Shown piece by piece: positions 37,162 through 51,058 of a DNA stretch of 64,000 bases (position 1 is the stretch's first letter; each line of letters begins with the position of its first letter). The position numbers and the translations under genes are program-made. Location of the stretch: positions 133,610,001 through 133,674,000 of the forward strand of contig OZ024741.1 of NCBI GenBank assembly GCA_964016885.1, written 5' to 3'. This DNA comes from Eledone cirrhosa. Lineage: Eukaryota. Below the pieces are notes generated by a model. The model worked only from the letters and a program-made list of their open reading frames with translations. It ran no database searches and was not told the origin of the DNA.

Positions 37162-38394
37162 TATGTATGTATGTATGCATGTGTGTATATGGCTGTATGT
37201 ATGTATATGTATACACCCACACCTTTTATCACCATTGTTTGTTTTTGTTGTCATTTCTGTTGAAGTTGTTCTTGTAACTGTTGTCAAAGTTGACATCCTT
37301 ATTTTCATCTTCTTTGATTTCTTTTGTTTTTCTTTTATCTCCCTTGGGAATTCATTGACAAGCTTCTTTTATTTATTTTCTTCGTTTTCTTCATTCTAAT
37401 GCAATCACACTGGCTGTCTAAGAGACGTACACATATGACTTATAAAACTTACCAAACTAAAGGAGCTTCCAGCGCCCCCCAAAGCTTCAAACGCCTATAA
37501 CGCCCCCTTGCTGCAAAACGCTACCCTGGAGCTCCGAAACGCCCTACGGGGGGCATATGCCCCCCGTTGAGAACCTTTGCTGTAGACAATGTAGCCGTTA
37601 AGATACAAAGAGCTGTGAAAGCCACGCCAGCACAGTCACGGAACAGGGAATGGTTGGGACGATTTATCCCTTTCAGTCGGCAGTTGAGGTTTTGAAGCAC
37701 ACACACACACACACACACACACATAAACACTAACATGAATCGTCCCCCATATATATGTATAAAATACCAGTAAAGTACTAGGGTCTGTATAATCGACTTT
37801 CTAATCGCCCCTCCTCAAATTTTGGCGTTATGCCTAAATTAGAAGCCATTATTTACTTTATCTCATTGACATTTTATTAAGCTAAAAAGTATGAAATATG
37901 GTCAACTCAGCATTCTGAGAAAACTGGGGCTAGTGAAGATTTACACCGGCCACAATTATTAATAGGAAAGTTCGATATGTTCGTTTACTGTAAGACGAAC
38001 AGAAAGTAACTTTTCACGATTTTGCCTTTCATCTTTAACTTACTGCAAGCTCTAGCGACAGCGCCACCCTTTTTCTTCTTCTTTTACAACTATTTGACGC
38101 AAGTTAATGGCTCTCACATCTCATGAAGATATCGTACTTTTCTATAGTATGAGATAGTTATGATACCTTTACTTCATATTTCTATCACCCGCCTCACTCA
38201 ATAAAATATATTTAATCCTTACATTAAGGGCTAAATATATGTGGTGTGAGTGTGTGAGGAGGTAGAACCATATTAGGATTTCTAATCTTTCTTCTAACAA
38301 GGCTATCTATGACAGAGCGGCACCTTTCTATAACACTGTGTCAGCCAACAGCGTTTTCTCCGATAAAACTTCTTACTCCACTCTACCAGTAGAA

Positions 38395-38760
38395 AGAAAA
38401 GTAGAAATAAAAACAATAATTTCTTCTGCCCACCCTTCTCCCTTAGAGTTAGAACTAATATAGGTAAGATATTCTTAGCGCTCATAGACAAGCACTTCCC
38501 TATAGGACATATCTTTAATAGGCACAGGGTGAAACTCGGATATTCACGTGCTAAAAATATGAAATCCCTCATCACCACCAACCTCAAGAGTTCTTCCCCA
38601 CCCGGAACGTGGGACTCATGTCCTATAAAACAACAGTGTAACACACCCGCAGTCGTCTATGAGGCTGAAGTTACATCCACTCGGTCGAATAAACAACAGG
38701 AGGTCAAAACATATGAAGAGATGTCGGGGGGGGGGGGGCAGTTTAAAGAAAAATATGCAT
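38395..38760 (+). pseudogene. Penelope-like (Naiad/Neptune type) linker and GIY-YIG N-terminal relic
   Basis: FCPPFSLRVRTNIGKIFLALIDKHFP...CPIKQQCNTPAVVYEAEV. Confidence 0.8.
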
Positions 38761-40056
38761 AATCAGTTATGAAAAAAGTAGGCTTCGCACAATAGTTGAA
38801 AAGCTGAATGAAACTTGTATATTCGTATAATCTGACATCAGAGGCAGTGAAATGGTAAGATACAATACCTTCCTGTATTCATCCCGACCTTCTGCGCTCT
38901 GAGTTCAAATCCTGCCAGGGATAACATTTTTTTTTCTTCTTTTTGAGGTCGATAATAAAGAACTATTCAAGTACTGGGGGATCAATTATTCCTCTAAATC
39001 TCTTTCCTATTTTCATTCTCCTCACCCTCTCGCTTTCTCTGTGAGGAATCGGAATTGTTTTGACCTAGAGAGGGGATGGGCTCCGTGAGGTTTAAAAAGT
39101 GCTCCTGCGACTCCCTCCATCAGGAGTTACACGCTCATATATCTTAGCCCCATAGAGCTTTTCATTTTTTTGGTGGTGGTGGAGTATAGACCATTGATTT
39201 TATAATAATTATATGGGAATGCAGCATGGCCGAATGGTTGAGAGGTTCGCTTCACAACCATAATCACCCGGGTTTGATCCCATTACGGGACACAATGAGA
39301 AAGTGTCATTTATCATAGACTCGGTTTGAGCTATGCTTGTGAGGGAAATTGGGTAGACGGATACGCTTTGGAAGGCTGTCTGATGGACTGCACCTGTAAT
39401 TCGAACATGGTGTTTCGCTGAATCTCATTGAGAATTACGTTAAGGGTACACTTGTATGTGGAGTACTCAGCCCCTTTAATTTCACGAGCAGACTGTTTCG
39501 TTGATCAGACAACTGGAATACTCATCGTCGAAACTGACAAATGTCCATCGTAATAATGGTTTCAGATTTTCACAGAAGACCTACAATTTTGGGGAAGGGG
39601 AAAGTCGATTAAATCGACACAGTGCGTTACTGGTACTTTATTTTATCGACCCCGTAAAGATGAGAGGCAAAGCTAAACTCGTCGGGATTTGAACTCAGCA
39701 TATTGTGCGACGCTCTAAAGATCCTGCTAATCCACCGCTCTAAACAAGAACAAATAATTACAAAATATAGTTTTAATCCTTACAAAATAAAACTCCAGGT
39801 TTGAACGTCGGGTGGTCAAATCTATATTAAGTAGTTTCGGGTGTTATGAAAACTTATTGTAATGGAAAAGACGAATACAATCAATACTTATTTAAAAGAA
39901 TAAAGTTCATTATTCTTGAAAATATCTTAGAATTACAACAATGGGGGTTATATTTACTGATTTGATATATTATTTACAATCTGTTGACTATATAGTAAAG
40001 TATACAATATGACCCGCTTAACTTCAACTCTGACATGAAAGCTATTTTCTCACTTA

Positions 40057-40150
40057 TATAAATACCGACCAGTTGATTTCTTCGTTCAGTGAAAAACACA
40101 CCAAGGTACTACATTCAACAGGTCATTATAGATTTATAGTGAATTATCAG
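40057..40150 (+). promoter_or_regulatory. Candidate TATA/Inr promoter and non-coding first exon
   Basis: TATAAATA at 40057 and TCAGT Inr with A at 40088 (-31 spacing). Donor cag|gtaaat at 40150. No ATG in the exon. Confidence 0.5.
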
Positions 40151-41489
40151 GTAAATCTAAACTATAATAAAGGAAGGTCTGCGGGACTGCGTACGGTTTA
40201 TTTTGTTTATATCCCGTTAGTAAAATAAGTTGGATTACTTTGAACTCATAATGAATGAATATTACATAGTTTATCTACTAAATTTCGTAAACAAAAATAA
40301 TTTCGTAAAAATAAATAATTTAAAATTGACTTCTTTTCAAAGTTGCACTTCCTGTATATCGTTGCCACCGCCACCACCACCACTTCAACTACCATATATA
40401 TAGAAAGAGAGAGTGTGTGATGTCAACACTTCCGGTGGCGATCACTTAAATAAACATACTAATTTTCTCCTAATGCAGTTTATATATAATATCGTCTTTT
40501 TTAAATGTATCATGGATTACGTTACTGATTACATAAGACAGTGTAACAACGTCTTCGTTCAATTTCTGTTTATATTGTCAATTACGATTTTATTTGATGT
40601 ATCATATCTACATGTATATATACTTGCGTATAATATCAATATACACACTACACATGCTAGCAGAAAACCACCCGAAGGGGGATTTTCTGCTAGTTTTATT
40701 TAATAACTTTCGAATATTTCAACTTTTTACTAATTTATTTATCAGTGATAATTGCTTTATGTCCACAACGTTAGACTAAATACTTGATTGTTTTAGTTCA
40801 TCTTAAAATTTGAGTCCATATTCTGTAGCAGGGTACATTTTACCATTAATTTCTCAATAATCGATAAAATAAGCACCAGTAATACATTAATACCCCCCCC
40901 CCCCCCACACACGCGCAATAACACACACACAAACGCCAACACACACACATCAATACAAACAAATTATTCCCTATTTATACATATCATAGGTCACAAGAAT
41001 GACCTGCGACTACATGACACCAATAGCCCCCCCCCCCCCCCCAAAAAAAAACCCCACAACAACAACAACAACAACAACAACAAAACAACGAAGAACAATC
41101 AAACAAAGAAAATAAAAGCAGCACGCGTTAACAAAGATTCAGCTATCGCTTCATTATCTCTATTTATGATATTGATGAAGTTGCAATATCCAAAATCTGT
41201 AATAAACGTTGTTCGGTTGGACAAACAGCGAGAGTAGGCTATGAAGAGATATCCATTCAACTTTGAAGAGATAACAGTTAAAACTCCCTCAAAAGATGAA
41301 CAAGCCAACGATAGGAGGCTATAAAGTGATAGTCATTCAACCTTCAAGAAATAGCAGTTAAAACTCCCTCAAAAGACAGTTATTGTCTCTGAAACAGAAG
41401 GAGATATTGGAAATTGTAGTCCTACATACAAAATATTTGGGATAAAAAGATGAGTTTATTGCGGGAATACCTTCCATTATTGGTCTGCT

Positions 41490-41710
41490 AAGCGGGGTAG
41501 ATTGGCAGTATCGGTAGGGTGTCGGACAACATGCTTTGTGGCATATACTTACGGCCCTTTACGTTCTGAGTTAAAAAACCACCGAGGTTAGCTTTACCTT
41601 TCATCCTTACGGGGTCGATAAAATAAAGTACGAGTAACGCACCGGGGTCGATTTAATCGATTTTCCCTCTCCAAAATTGTTGGCCTTGTACATAAATCAG
41701 TAACCATCAT
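41490..41710 (+). mobile_element. Octopus-type tRNA SINE (also ~39555-39745, 46940-47137, 49662-50045 x2, 50445-50635, 54040-54200, 59615-60283 x3)
   Basis: Shared gagttcaaatcccgccgaggttaactttgcctttcatccttacggggtcgataaaataaagtaccagt, resembling the abundant octopus SINEs as recalled. Confidence 0.8.
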
Positions 41711-42470
41711 TAGAAATAGCAGCCAAAATTTTCCCTCATATTACAACCTACACACTTTGAAAAAGTATACAAGAATATTATAGCCTTGGACATAAAATGC
41801 TTGAAAATACGACGAGATAGTTTGGTTGAGCGAACTTAATTATAGTTCTGAAAGATAAAGGTTAATTCTGACAGGAAGAGCTGATGCAGCAGCAACAGCA
41901 ACAACAATAACAACTAAATTATATTGATTCAGGACGGAACATTGCGCCGACGGTTGGGTATGAAGTGTTCAACCACAATTTTGAATGTTCGATAACCTAT
42001 TAACTTAGTATGACAATGTGATAACAACCCACACACATATTTTACTGAAAGGATTATTTTTTTCTATTCATTCTAAAATAGGATTCCTCACTTGGGTAAT
42101 TAGTTAAAACTTTTCTTTCAAAATTCATAGATCATGGAGTTTCTTTTATGATTGATTATCGAGGTGTTTCAGAAAAGTCACGTATCTTGATTCGTAATCA
42201 AACAGGCAGTCATGTCTGAAGATGGAAATAAATCTGCGTATTACATCGTGTGAATTAGAACACGTATATCAAAGCACCCTATTTTAGTGTTTGCCTATCC
42301 TTTTTTTTCTTTTGTTACATTTATTTTTTCAATCAAGCAAAATGAATAAAACCTTTCCAGTGTACCACTTTTTTGTTTATTTATTTTTTAAGAATAAATA
42401 ACATGAAAACGAATAAATAAACAAAGAAATTAGTTGCTTACAAAGGATTGTATTTATGGCAAATTCTGCC

Positions 42471-42596
42471 TATAAAATCTTGAGAGTAACCCTAAAAAAA
42501 ATCAGTCAGTGTTTTCGGTTCTTCGCCATAAAACTACACTAACTCGATTTACATCACCTTAGTATCTTTCACGTTAATCTGCCAGTTCATAAACAG
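42471..42596 (+). promoter_or_regulatory. Second candidate TATA/Inr promoter and non-coding exon
   Basis: TATAAAA at 42471, TCAGT with A at 42504, and a perfect donor CAG|GTAAGT at 42596. No ATG in the exon. Confidence 0.5.
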
Positions 42597-42782
42597 GTAA
42601 GTGTTTACTATTGTAATTTAATGAAAGAATGGGTATAGCAGAATTGGTAGAATGCAAGACAATATGCTTTGCAGTATAAAAGCATATGTAATATGTCTAT
42701 GTATAATACACATTTATATGTTTCGCTGTTAGGACTTTAGGCTATGATCATGTCACAGTCACTCCAGTAGCTATGTTAGAAG

Positions 42783-42825
42783 GCCAAACACTAGTATTTC
42801 AGGATCTTTATCACTCTTCAGTGAC
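42783..42825 (-). ncRNA. Type I hammerhead ribozyme (family F)
   Basis: gtca-CTGAAGA-gtgat aaag atcct-GAAA-ta ctag tg-TT-tggc. Confidence 0.65.
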
Positions 42826-43707
42826 ATTTACTCACTCGGTAGTGAGGCAAAAAAGATGATAGCTTACATATCGATTTTTACAAATTTTATACATATAGTG
42901 ATGTAGCTGTTACATGATCACAGTTTAAAATGCCTACAGCGAATCTTATGTATGATTATTATACATAAATATCTTTATATGCTTTCATATACACCTCTTT
43001 ATTAATTATTTTGAAGTTCGTCTTTGATAACTGTCAAATCTTTGTCGGTAGCCTTATTAATACATGTACTATTAATGTTGTTGTTGATGGTGATGATGGA
43101 ATATCTAGCTAATGTTGTTGTTGATGGTGATGATGGAATATCTAGCTAATGTTGTTGCTGTTTGGACGCAGGCAAAACTTGATCGAGCAAACCCATGAGA
43201 TTACAGACAATCTATTCATAAAAATCCCATCTTTTAATATATCAGACACTACATATTCTAAATGTGCAATTAATGATTCACGTGTCGTTGAGGGAGATTT
43301 GGTTATTATATCTAGCAAATCAAACGCAAATCAAAAGCAGTGTTTCCCAAACTTTTTCAGACTACCACCCATTTTAGATAATATATTTCATCTGACCACA
43401 CACTCTCGGGAAAGTAATTGAAAATTGAATATCTTCCAATGTCCTCAATAGGGTAAAGTGCTCAATTTGAGAACCACTATTTGTGGTTCTGATGATTCTA
43501 TATGAATGCCGTGGTATTTGTGTTCGGATAAATGGTGCTAAGTAGAAACTATTCAATGTGGATGTCAGACACAGCCAAGAGTGCGTACTGTCAGCCTCCT
43601 GTTCATAATCTTAATTTTCATGGACAGAATTCACAGGCGCAGCGAGTTCGAAGTGGGACCTCATTTTACAATTTATCCCCTGTCAATGTTTGATATATTT
43701 ATATGTA

Positions 43708-43786
<79 letters not shown>

Positions 43787-43789
43787 GTA

Positions 43790-43862
<73 letters not shown>

Positions 43863-43915
43863 GTATGTCTATATATATATATATGTATGTATATATATAT
43901 GTATATATATGTATG

Positions 43916-43994
<79 letters not shown>

Positions 43995-44043
43995 GTATGT
44001 CTATATATATATATATGTATGTATATATATATGTATATATATG

Positions 44044-44122
<79 letters not shown>

Positions 44123-44156
44123 AAAGGAAAATCCGAAGGCAAGGTAAAATTCCAAT

Positions 44157-44242
44157 CATTTAATCACGACACATGTTTCAATAAGAGATAGATCAATTGT
44201 AAACCCATGATCGATTATCACTGATCTCATCAGGTGAAAATG
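44157..44242 (-). ncRNA. Candidate hammerhead (family G) in a 77-bp inverted repeat (44118-44194 / 44331-44407)
   Basis: cattttcac-CTGATGA-(45 nt)-GAAA-catgtg-TC-gtgattaaatg. Stem II is atypical. Confidence 0.5.
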
Positions 44243-44590
44243 AATTGTCTTCAAATTCTTGATATGAGGGAGAAAAAAATAACGATGTTCTCTCACAGAA
44301 TTCATTCCCTCATATGATAATCGATCGATCGATCTATCTCTTATTGAAACATGCGTCGTGATTAAATGATTGGAATTTTACCTTGCCTTCGGATTTTCAT
44401 TTTGATACTTATACTCCGTTTTACATCATCTAGCTGTTCCCTCGAATGGAATTGGAGATATACAAAAGCGTGGAGAACTTAATATTGCTAACATAAAGTT
44501 ATTGGACCATTTTAGACAACCAATAATGCACCTTACTTTATAACAACTATATATATATATATGTATATATTTATATGCACACACACACAC

Positions 44591-44669
<79 letters not shown>

Positions 44670-45194
44670 AACCCACACATATATATATATACATACATAT
44701 GTGTGTGTGTGTGTATATGTATATATATATATATGTGTGTGTATGTGTATACATATACTATATATGTATACACTGGGGTCGATTCAATCGACTTTCCCCC
44801 CTTCCCTTCAAATTGCTGGCCTTGTGCCTAAAGTAGAAACAATTATTAGTCATGTAACTAATCCATTTATCGGTTGGTTTTAGCAACCAAATGGTTATTT
44901 AATTGTCAAATCTCTTTCATCACACTTTCTGTGACCTTTTCAACGACATTTTTGGCCCTTCATGTCGTTTCCCTATTTCGACTTTACTCCATTTTTTTGC
45001 TCATCTCCAAACTAACAGAACAGTCTGATCATGAAATTAACGTTTGAGCCGTTGAGCAATCTAGAAACATGTGCCCCTAACGTAATTCTCAGGGAGATTC
45101 AGAGGAACAATCTATGACAAATCTGGCTCTTCGAATTACTGGTACAATCTATCCGACAGGCATGAGTAGACCCGAGTAATATTTATATATATAA

Positions 45195-45254
<60 letters not shown>

Positions 45255-45618
45255 TGCTGAGCGCATTATGATATAACCGATATATATGAAGAAGAGGAGG
45301 CACCAGCTATCAACTACACCCGGAAATTCCCTCTACTGTGGGATTGATTACACATATTGAATATCCCTACTACTGGACGGACATAAGATTATGAACAAAC
45401 TTTCGACCGGATAGAGAAGCGGACCAATAAGCAACGTAAAACCACTTATTTTCCTGCAGCAACCCGCATTTCGCCTAAAGGCCTAGAACTAAAGGCCATC
45501 CCTCCGTCACTTCATCCGATAACGGACGGACAAGGAATTTTATATGCACATTACATTGACAAAATTGACAAATATTCCCACTGTATCGTGAACGTAATTG
45601 AAATCACTAATATATATA

Positions 45619-46456
45619 CGAGGTGTGTCAGAAAAGTTCCAGGACTGATGCCACAAAAGATTTATTTCAAACCCAAACTTCACACTAAGAGTTTTATCCT
45701 TCAAAGTAATCCCCCTGGAGTATGTAACTGTAATCTTAGCTCTGTGCAGCGATCAAACTTTTTTCTTCATAATTTCATATACATGTCCTCTGTTTCAGGT
45801 CGTCAAGCAATGAGCACAGAGCAATGAACAAACTTGAAGTTTCTAGTACGGTTGGGGAAAACCCTGTCAGAAGCACTGGGATTGCTGCAGCAAGTGTATG
45901 GAGATGAGACGATGTCACGCTCAAGTGTTTTTGAGTGGTGCAAGATGACCCCATGGGCGGAAGGCCCTCAACAACCAGGACTGAGGTCAACGTTGAGCGC
46001 GTCAGGCAGATGGTGCGTAGCGATCGTCGGCTGACTGTTCGACTGATGGCAAATGAGCTGGGCATGAATCGGGACAGCGTCTGGAAGATTCTCACTGAAG
46101 ATTTGGACATGCGGAAAGTCTGCGCGAAGATGGTGCCAAAAACTGCTGAACGATGACCAGAAGGGTCGACGCATGCAAGTGTGTCAGGACATCCTCGAGC
46201 GTCATGGATCTTCGAGTACGACTCGGAGGGGACCCGTTTTGAAGACGTGAACGACATCAAAAACGCCGTGACGACGGAACTGCGGAGGATCCCGGAAGAA
46301 TCCTTCCAGGAGTGCATGCAAGCGTGGCAGAAAAGGATGGAAAAGTGCATTAGACTCCAGCGGGATTACTTTGAAGGAGAAAACTCTTAGTGTGAAGTTT
46401 GGGTTTGAAATAAATCTTTTGTGACATTAGTCCTGGAACTTTTCTGACAAACCTCG
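45619..46456 (+). mobile_element. Internally deleted mariner with ~100-bp inverted ends
   Basis: TA TSDs; closely related to 58308-59597; most of the catalytic domain is deleted. Confidence 0.92.
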
Positions 46457-47158
46457 TATATATAAAGGTAAAAAAGTACAAAAGAATTATAGAGAGAATA
46501 AATGAGAGGAAATGCAGGAAAAATCCGTGATAAATGTCTGAGTGGGGGCGAGTTATAGAGAGTCAGCTATATTCACATTGCTTCGGGTGTTTTGGTCCGT
46601 GCAGTTGCAGCCGGGTGCACCTTACAGGCTGTCCGTGGCTATATGAGGTAAGGTAGGGTGTTGCATGTAGAATAAGAGGTAATTGTTGCTTTTAATTCCC
46701 TCATTATTCTACATCCAACACTGTGGAAGAAATCACGATCATTGAAATATGTATAACGGCTCAATTAATAAAGGACCCTAACATCTTCAACTTCGCATTT
46801 TCCTTTTGGAGTACCGCCATCCTTGTTTTAGGAAGTAATATGACGTTGAGTGCTAGAAGTGAATTGCATCCTTGTATAACGAATATATATATATATATAT
46901 ATATATATGCATGTATATATGTATAGAAATATATATATATAATTGTTTCTACTCTTTGGCACAAGGTCAGCAATTTCCCACTACATTACTGGTACTTTAT
47001 TTTATCGACCCCTGAAAGGCAAAGGCAAAGTTAACCTCGGCGGGATGAAAGGCAAAGTTAATCTCGGCGGGATTTGAACTCAGACCATAAAGTGACGTAA
47101 CTATGCTAGAAAGCATGGCGTCCAACCCTCTACCGATATATATATATAATATATAGAA

Positions 47159-47220
<62 letters not shown>

Positions 47221-47224
<4 letters not shown>

Positions 47225-47600
47225 TCTTCTAAATGTTTTAAATTAAACATACAGTATATTGCCAAATATACTATACATACATTCATGTATACATCGCTAT
47301 TTCAGAGCACCAATACTAATACCTATTTTTTGCTGGACCGGCAATCGCTCTGTATAATCAGCTCCTGATTTTTATTGGAATTCTATAAGAATCCAGCTTC
47401 TATAATTCTCGGCAAAGGCAACTGAGTGTGTCGTCTTGATAAACGCTTACACACGAGAAACAGACTGTCTGTCGACCGCTCTCTGTTGTTTTTGCCGAGA
47501 AGTAAGTGACATAGTGACTACTTTAAAACTCATAGCGAATGGTCTTCTAAATGTTTTTATTTTATCATACAGTATATTGCCAAATATACTATACATACAT
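47221..47600 (+). mobile_element. Retrozyme family B, 318-nt monomer plus ~60-nt redundancy; U3-A8 hammerhead at 47430-47479
   Basis: atggtcttctaaatg at 47221 and 47539. gtcgtc-TTGATAA-acg..cga-GAAA-cagactgtctg-TC-gaccgc. Confidence 0.8.
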
Positions 47601-47670
47601 ATATATATATATATAGTGTATAGAAATATAAATGGCTGTTTTTATCGTTCTTCTCTGCAGATAACCAAAA

Positions 47671-47722
47671 ATGAACTTCAAGATGTTTATATTGGTTGCC
47701 ATTCTCTGCACAATTTCACTTG
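47671..47722 (+). CDS. Secreted Ala/Pro-rich peptide gene, signal-peptide exon MNFKMFILVAILCTISL(G)
   Basis: Acceptor ttcttctctgcag at 47660, aaaATG at 47671, a hydrophobic core, and a phase-1 donor g|gtaagt. Confidence 0.8.
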
Positions 47723-48029
47723 GTAAGTAATTGGACATTATTTGTAGATTTTCTACTAAAAAATGGAAGAAGGTGGTAGTGATGCTAGACACACACATAC
47801 ACACCTACTTCCGGTTATGTTTTATAGATCAACATTCTCTGTTACACCACACTAAATATAGTGTAATTTTTGTCCCATAATTGCCGTGTTATTCTGACTA
47901 ATTTTTAGTTGATTTGTTTCTCTTGCAAATCCGATTTACTTTATAGATTGTATTTTTATGTTCAAAATGTTCCTTAAATGAACAAGAAAAAGAGAAAAAA
48001 ACTGAAAAAATTGTTTACCTTATTTTAAA

Positions 48030-49496
48030 CTAGCTGGCCCCGTGCCGTAAAAAATGACAGCTAATTATAATATTTATATATAATATAAAAAAGAGATGTT
48101 TGTTGGTTGGTTGGTTCCTTCGTGCTCACTCACACAAATGACACTAACACACAAACACACAGCTGTGACGAATCATAGAACGCTGGTCTTCTATAGTTTC
48201 TCACCCCACTCTTCCTCAGTCATCGCATAGATGTGTAGGTATGTAATAATAATTTTTTCTAAGTGTGTTTGTTCATATATATGTATGTGTAGATTCGTGT
48301 GTGTTTTAATTCTATTGTCTATATATCTTTCTAAATAAAGACACACAAACACATATACACTGACACAAATATGCGTGGAAGGAAGGGGACTGTGATAAAG
48401 TATAACGAAGAGCGAACAGCGTTCGCTACACCTGTGTTACTCATACACATAAATGTATACATATGCACACACATACACATACTCACACACATATATGGGT
48501 GTGCATGTAATAATTATTTTTAACCAGCGTTCTTTCAGTAACTAAAATCAAATGCATTCAGATACGATGATCGATGTTACATCTCAAAATACGACCATTA
48601 GATAACATTGAGAAGTGTATTAATTTGAATTGCCATCCATATTCTATTTATGTTTTGTTAGAAATAATTATTACATACACACACATCTACACAAACATAT
48701 ACATAAACAGACTCATTGGAGAAAATAATTATTGTCTGAGTCTATATGTGTATGTGTTGTCCAAGGGGCCATGTCCCTAGCAATATCGAAATAAGTTAGA
48801 ATTATCAAGAATATAAAACGATCGCAGTTGAAAGGTATATTACAAATGCACATCTACTCTTAATTTAACAGTTAATGTATGTGTCTAATTTATTTATATT
48901 AAGAAATGTATGTAATAAATTTTAAATAGGGAGTTTTTACAACATCAACTATAAATCACGGCCCGCTTTATGTGGCTTTAAGTTGTACGTATTTAGGTTG
49001 GTTTCAGTAATGGAGAGCGCAATTGAAAGGAAAGGTCGTTTAGCGAGAGAAAGACAGAGGAATAGAAGAGCAAGCCTTTCAGCTGAAAGATCTGCTGTCA
49101 TCAGAAACCAAGATAGAATTCGACAAGCACGCCGCCGTGAAAATGAAACAGATATACCCTTCAATATGAGCAGACGGCAGTTCCCTGTTATACCAGCTTT
49201 TGTTATGACCATAATCAAATCGCAAGGACAGAGCTTCGAAAAAGTAGGTATTTATTTGCCAGCTCCCGTATTTAGTCACGACCAGCTTTATGTGGCCTTG
49301 AGTCGTACGAGAAGTAAGGAAAATTAAAAAATTCTTTTGAAGGAAACAAGCAGTCAAGGCATGTTAGTCGCAGATAGATTTTTCATAAACATTTTGTAAG
49401 AAAAGAATTATCAAACTAAAAACTTGGTTTTATACCATTTCTATATATAAAATATTGCAATTAGCCGTCATTTTTGACGGCACGGGACCCGCTCGT
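48030..49496 (+). mobile_element. Deleted Helitron: RepHel-like N-terminus fused to the PIF1 helicase C-terminus
   Basis: ORF 48983-49327 has [45 protein letters not shown]. 3' hairpin gccgtca-tttt-tgacggc. Confidence 0.85.
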
Positions 49497-50045
49497 ATGA
49501 ATATGATTTATACAAACACAGCCAATGTGTGTAGCCAATTCGTTATACATATGCACACACAGGTGTAGCGAATGTTAAACGCTGATTTCTGTAGTTTGTC
49601 ATCATCCCTTCCTTCCTCAGTCATCTCTAGTGCGTGAGAGACAAATACACATTAGCTTTTGTGGATTGGCAATATCGGTAGAGAGTCGGACACCATGCTT
49701 TGAAGCATAGAGTTACGTCCCTTTATGATCTGAGTTCAAATCCCGCCGAGGTTAACTTTGCCTTTCATCCTTACGGGGTCGATAAAATAAAGTACCAGTA
49801 ATGCACTGGGTAATTGCTGGCCTTATGCCAAAAGTAGAAACAATTATATTACTCGTGGATTGGCAGTATCGGTAGAGGGTCGGACGCCATGCTTTGACGC
49901 ATAGAGTTACTGCCCTTGTCATTCTGAGTTCAAATCCCGCCGAGGTTAACTTTACCTTTCATCCTTACGGGGTCGATAAAATAAAGTACCAGTAATACAC
50001 TGGGTAATTGCTGGCCTTGTGCCTAAAGTAGAAACAAGTATATTA

Positions 50046-50250
50046 CTAGCTGGCCCCGTGCCGTCAAAAATATATAGCTTTCAACTAATTTATTTCGATA
50101 TTGCTAGGGACACACATACACTCACAAAAGTGTAGCCAATCTAAGAACGCTAGTTAAAAATAATTATTACATACACACACATCTACACAAACATACACTT
50201 CAACAGACCCAGAGAAAATAATTATTACATGCACACACATATGTGTGTGA

Positions 50251-50328
<78 letters not shown>

Positions 50329-50731
50329 ATATGTATACATTTATATGTATGAGTAACATAGGTATAGCGAACCCTATTCTCTGTTTTATATAGTTTGTCA
50401 CAGCCCCCTTCCTTCCACACTCATTATATAGATGTGTATGTATGTGGTGGATTGGCAGTATCGGTAGAGGGTCGGACGCCATGCTTTGCAGCAAAGAGTT
50501 ACGGCCTTTATGGTCTGAGTTCAAATCCCGCCGAGGTTAACTTTGCCTTTCATCCTTACGAGGCCGATAAAATAAAGTACCAGTAATACACTGGGATCAT
50601 TGCTGGCCTTGTGCCAAAAGTAGAAACAATTATTTTGAATAATGTATACGTATGTATTTATATTTACATACTGAAACATAGATGAGTTACCTCCCTTCGC
50701 GTTATATATTAGTAGATTATATATTAGTAGA
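50046..50731 (-). mobile_element. Non-autonomous Helitron of the same family, with a SINE inside
   Basis: A|TCTACTAATATATAA start (duplicated) and CTAG|T end. The body matches 48370-48800. Confidence 0.75.
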
Positions 50732-50840
50732 TGATTACACGGTGTTTATCATGCATTCATTTTAAAGTATATGCTGTTTATTATATACCAACATACCACT
50801 TAGACTATTTATCTAATTGTATCTCTTGTTAATCTTGCAG

Positions 50841-51058
50841 GTAACAAAAAAGCATCAGCAAAACCACCACCTGCCGCTCTACCAGCTGCCAATCTAGCAG
50901 CTGACGCCCCCGCTGCCAATCTAGCAGCTCACGCCCTCGCTGCCAATCTAGCAGCTGACGACCCCGCTGCCGCTCTACCAGCTGCCGCCCCCGCTGCCAA
51001 TCTAGCAGCTGACGACCCCGCTGCCAATCTACCAGCTGACGCCCTCGCTGCCAAGTAA
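50841..51058 (+). CDS. Secreted Ala/Pro-rich peptide gene, second coding exon
   Basis: Acceptor ttaatcttgcag, phase 1. Encodes NKKASAKPPPAALPAANLAADAPAANLAAHALAANLAADDPAAALPAAAPAANLAADDPAANLPADALAAK*. 27-nt repeats; AATAAA at ~51204 and ~51273. Confidence 0.75.

Larger units (their letters stand above)
34971..37579. mobile_element. Non-autonomous hAT (Charlie-like) element
   Basis: TIR caaaggttctcaac / gttgagaacctttg and an 8-bp TSD ctgtagac (34963-34970, 37580-37587). Confidence 0.9.
34857..37638. mobile_element. Hairpin MITE (~66-bp TIRs) split by the hAT insertion
   Basis: 34857-34922 is complementary to 34956-34970 joined to 37588-37638. Confidence 0.8.

Noticed and set aside
48983-49327. 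Host PIF1 helicase gene
   Set aside because: Only the terminal motifs are present, without introns, inside Helitron ends.
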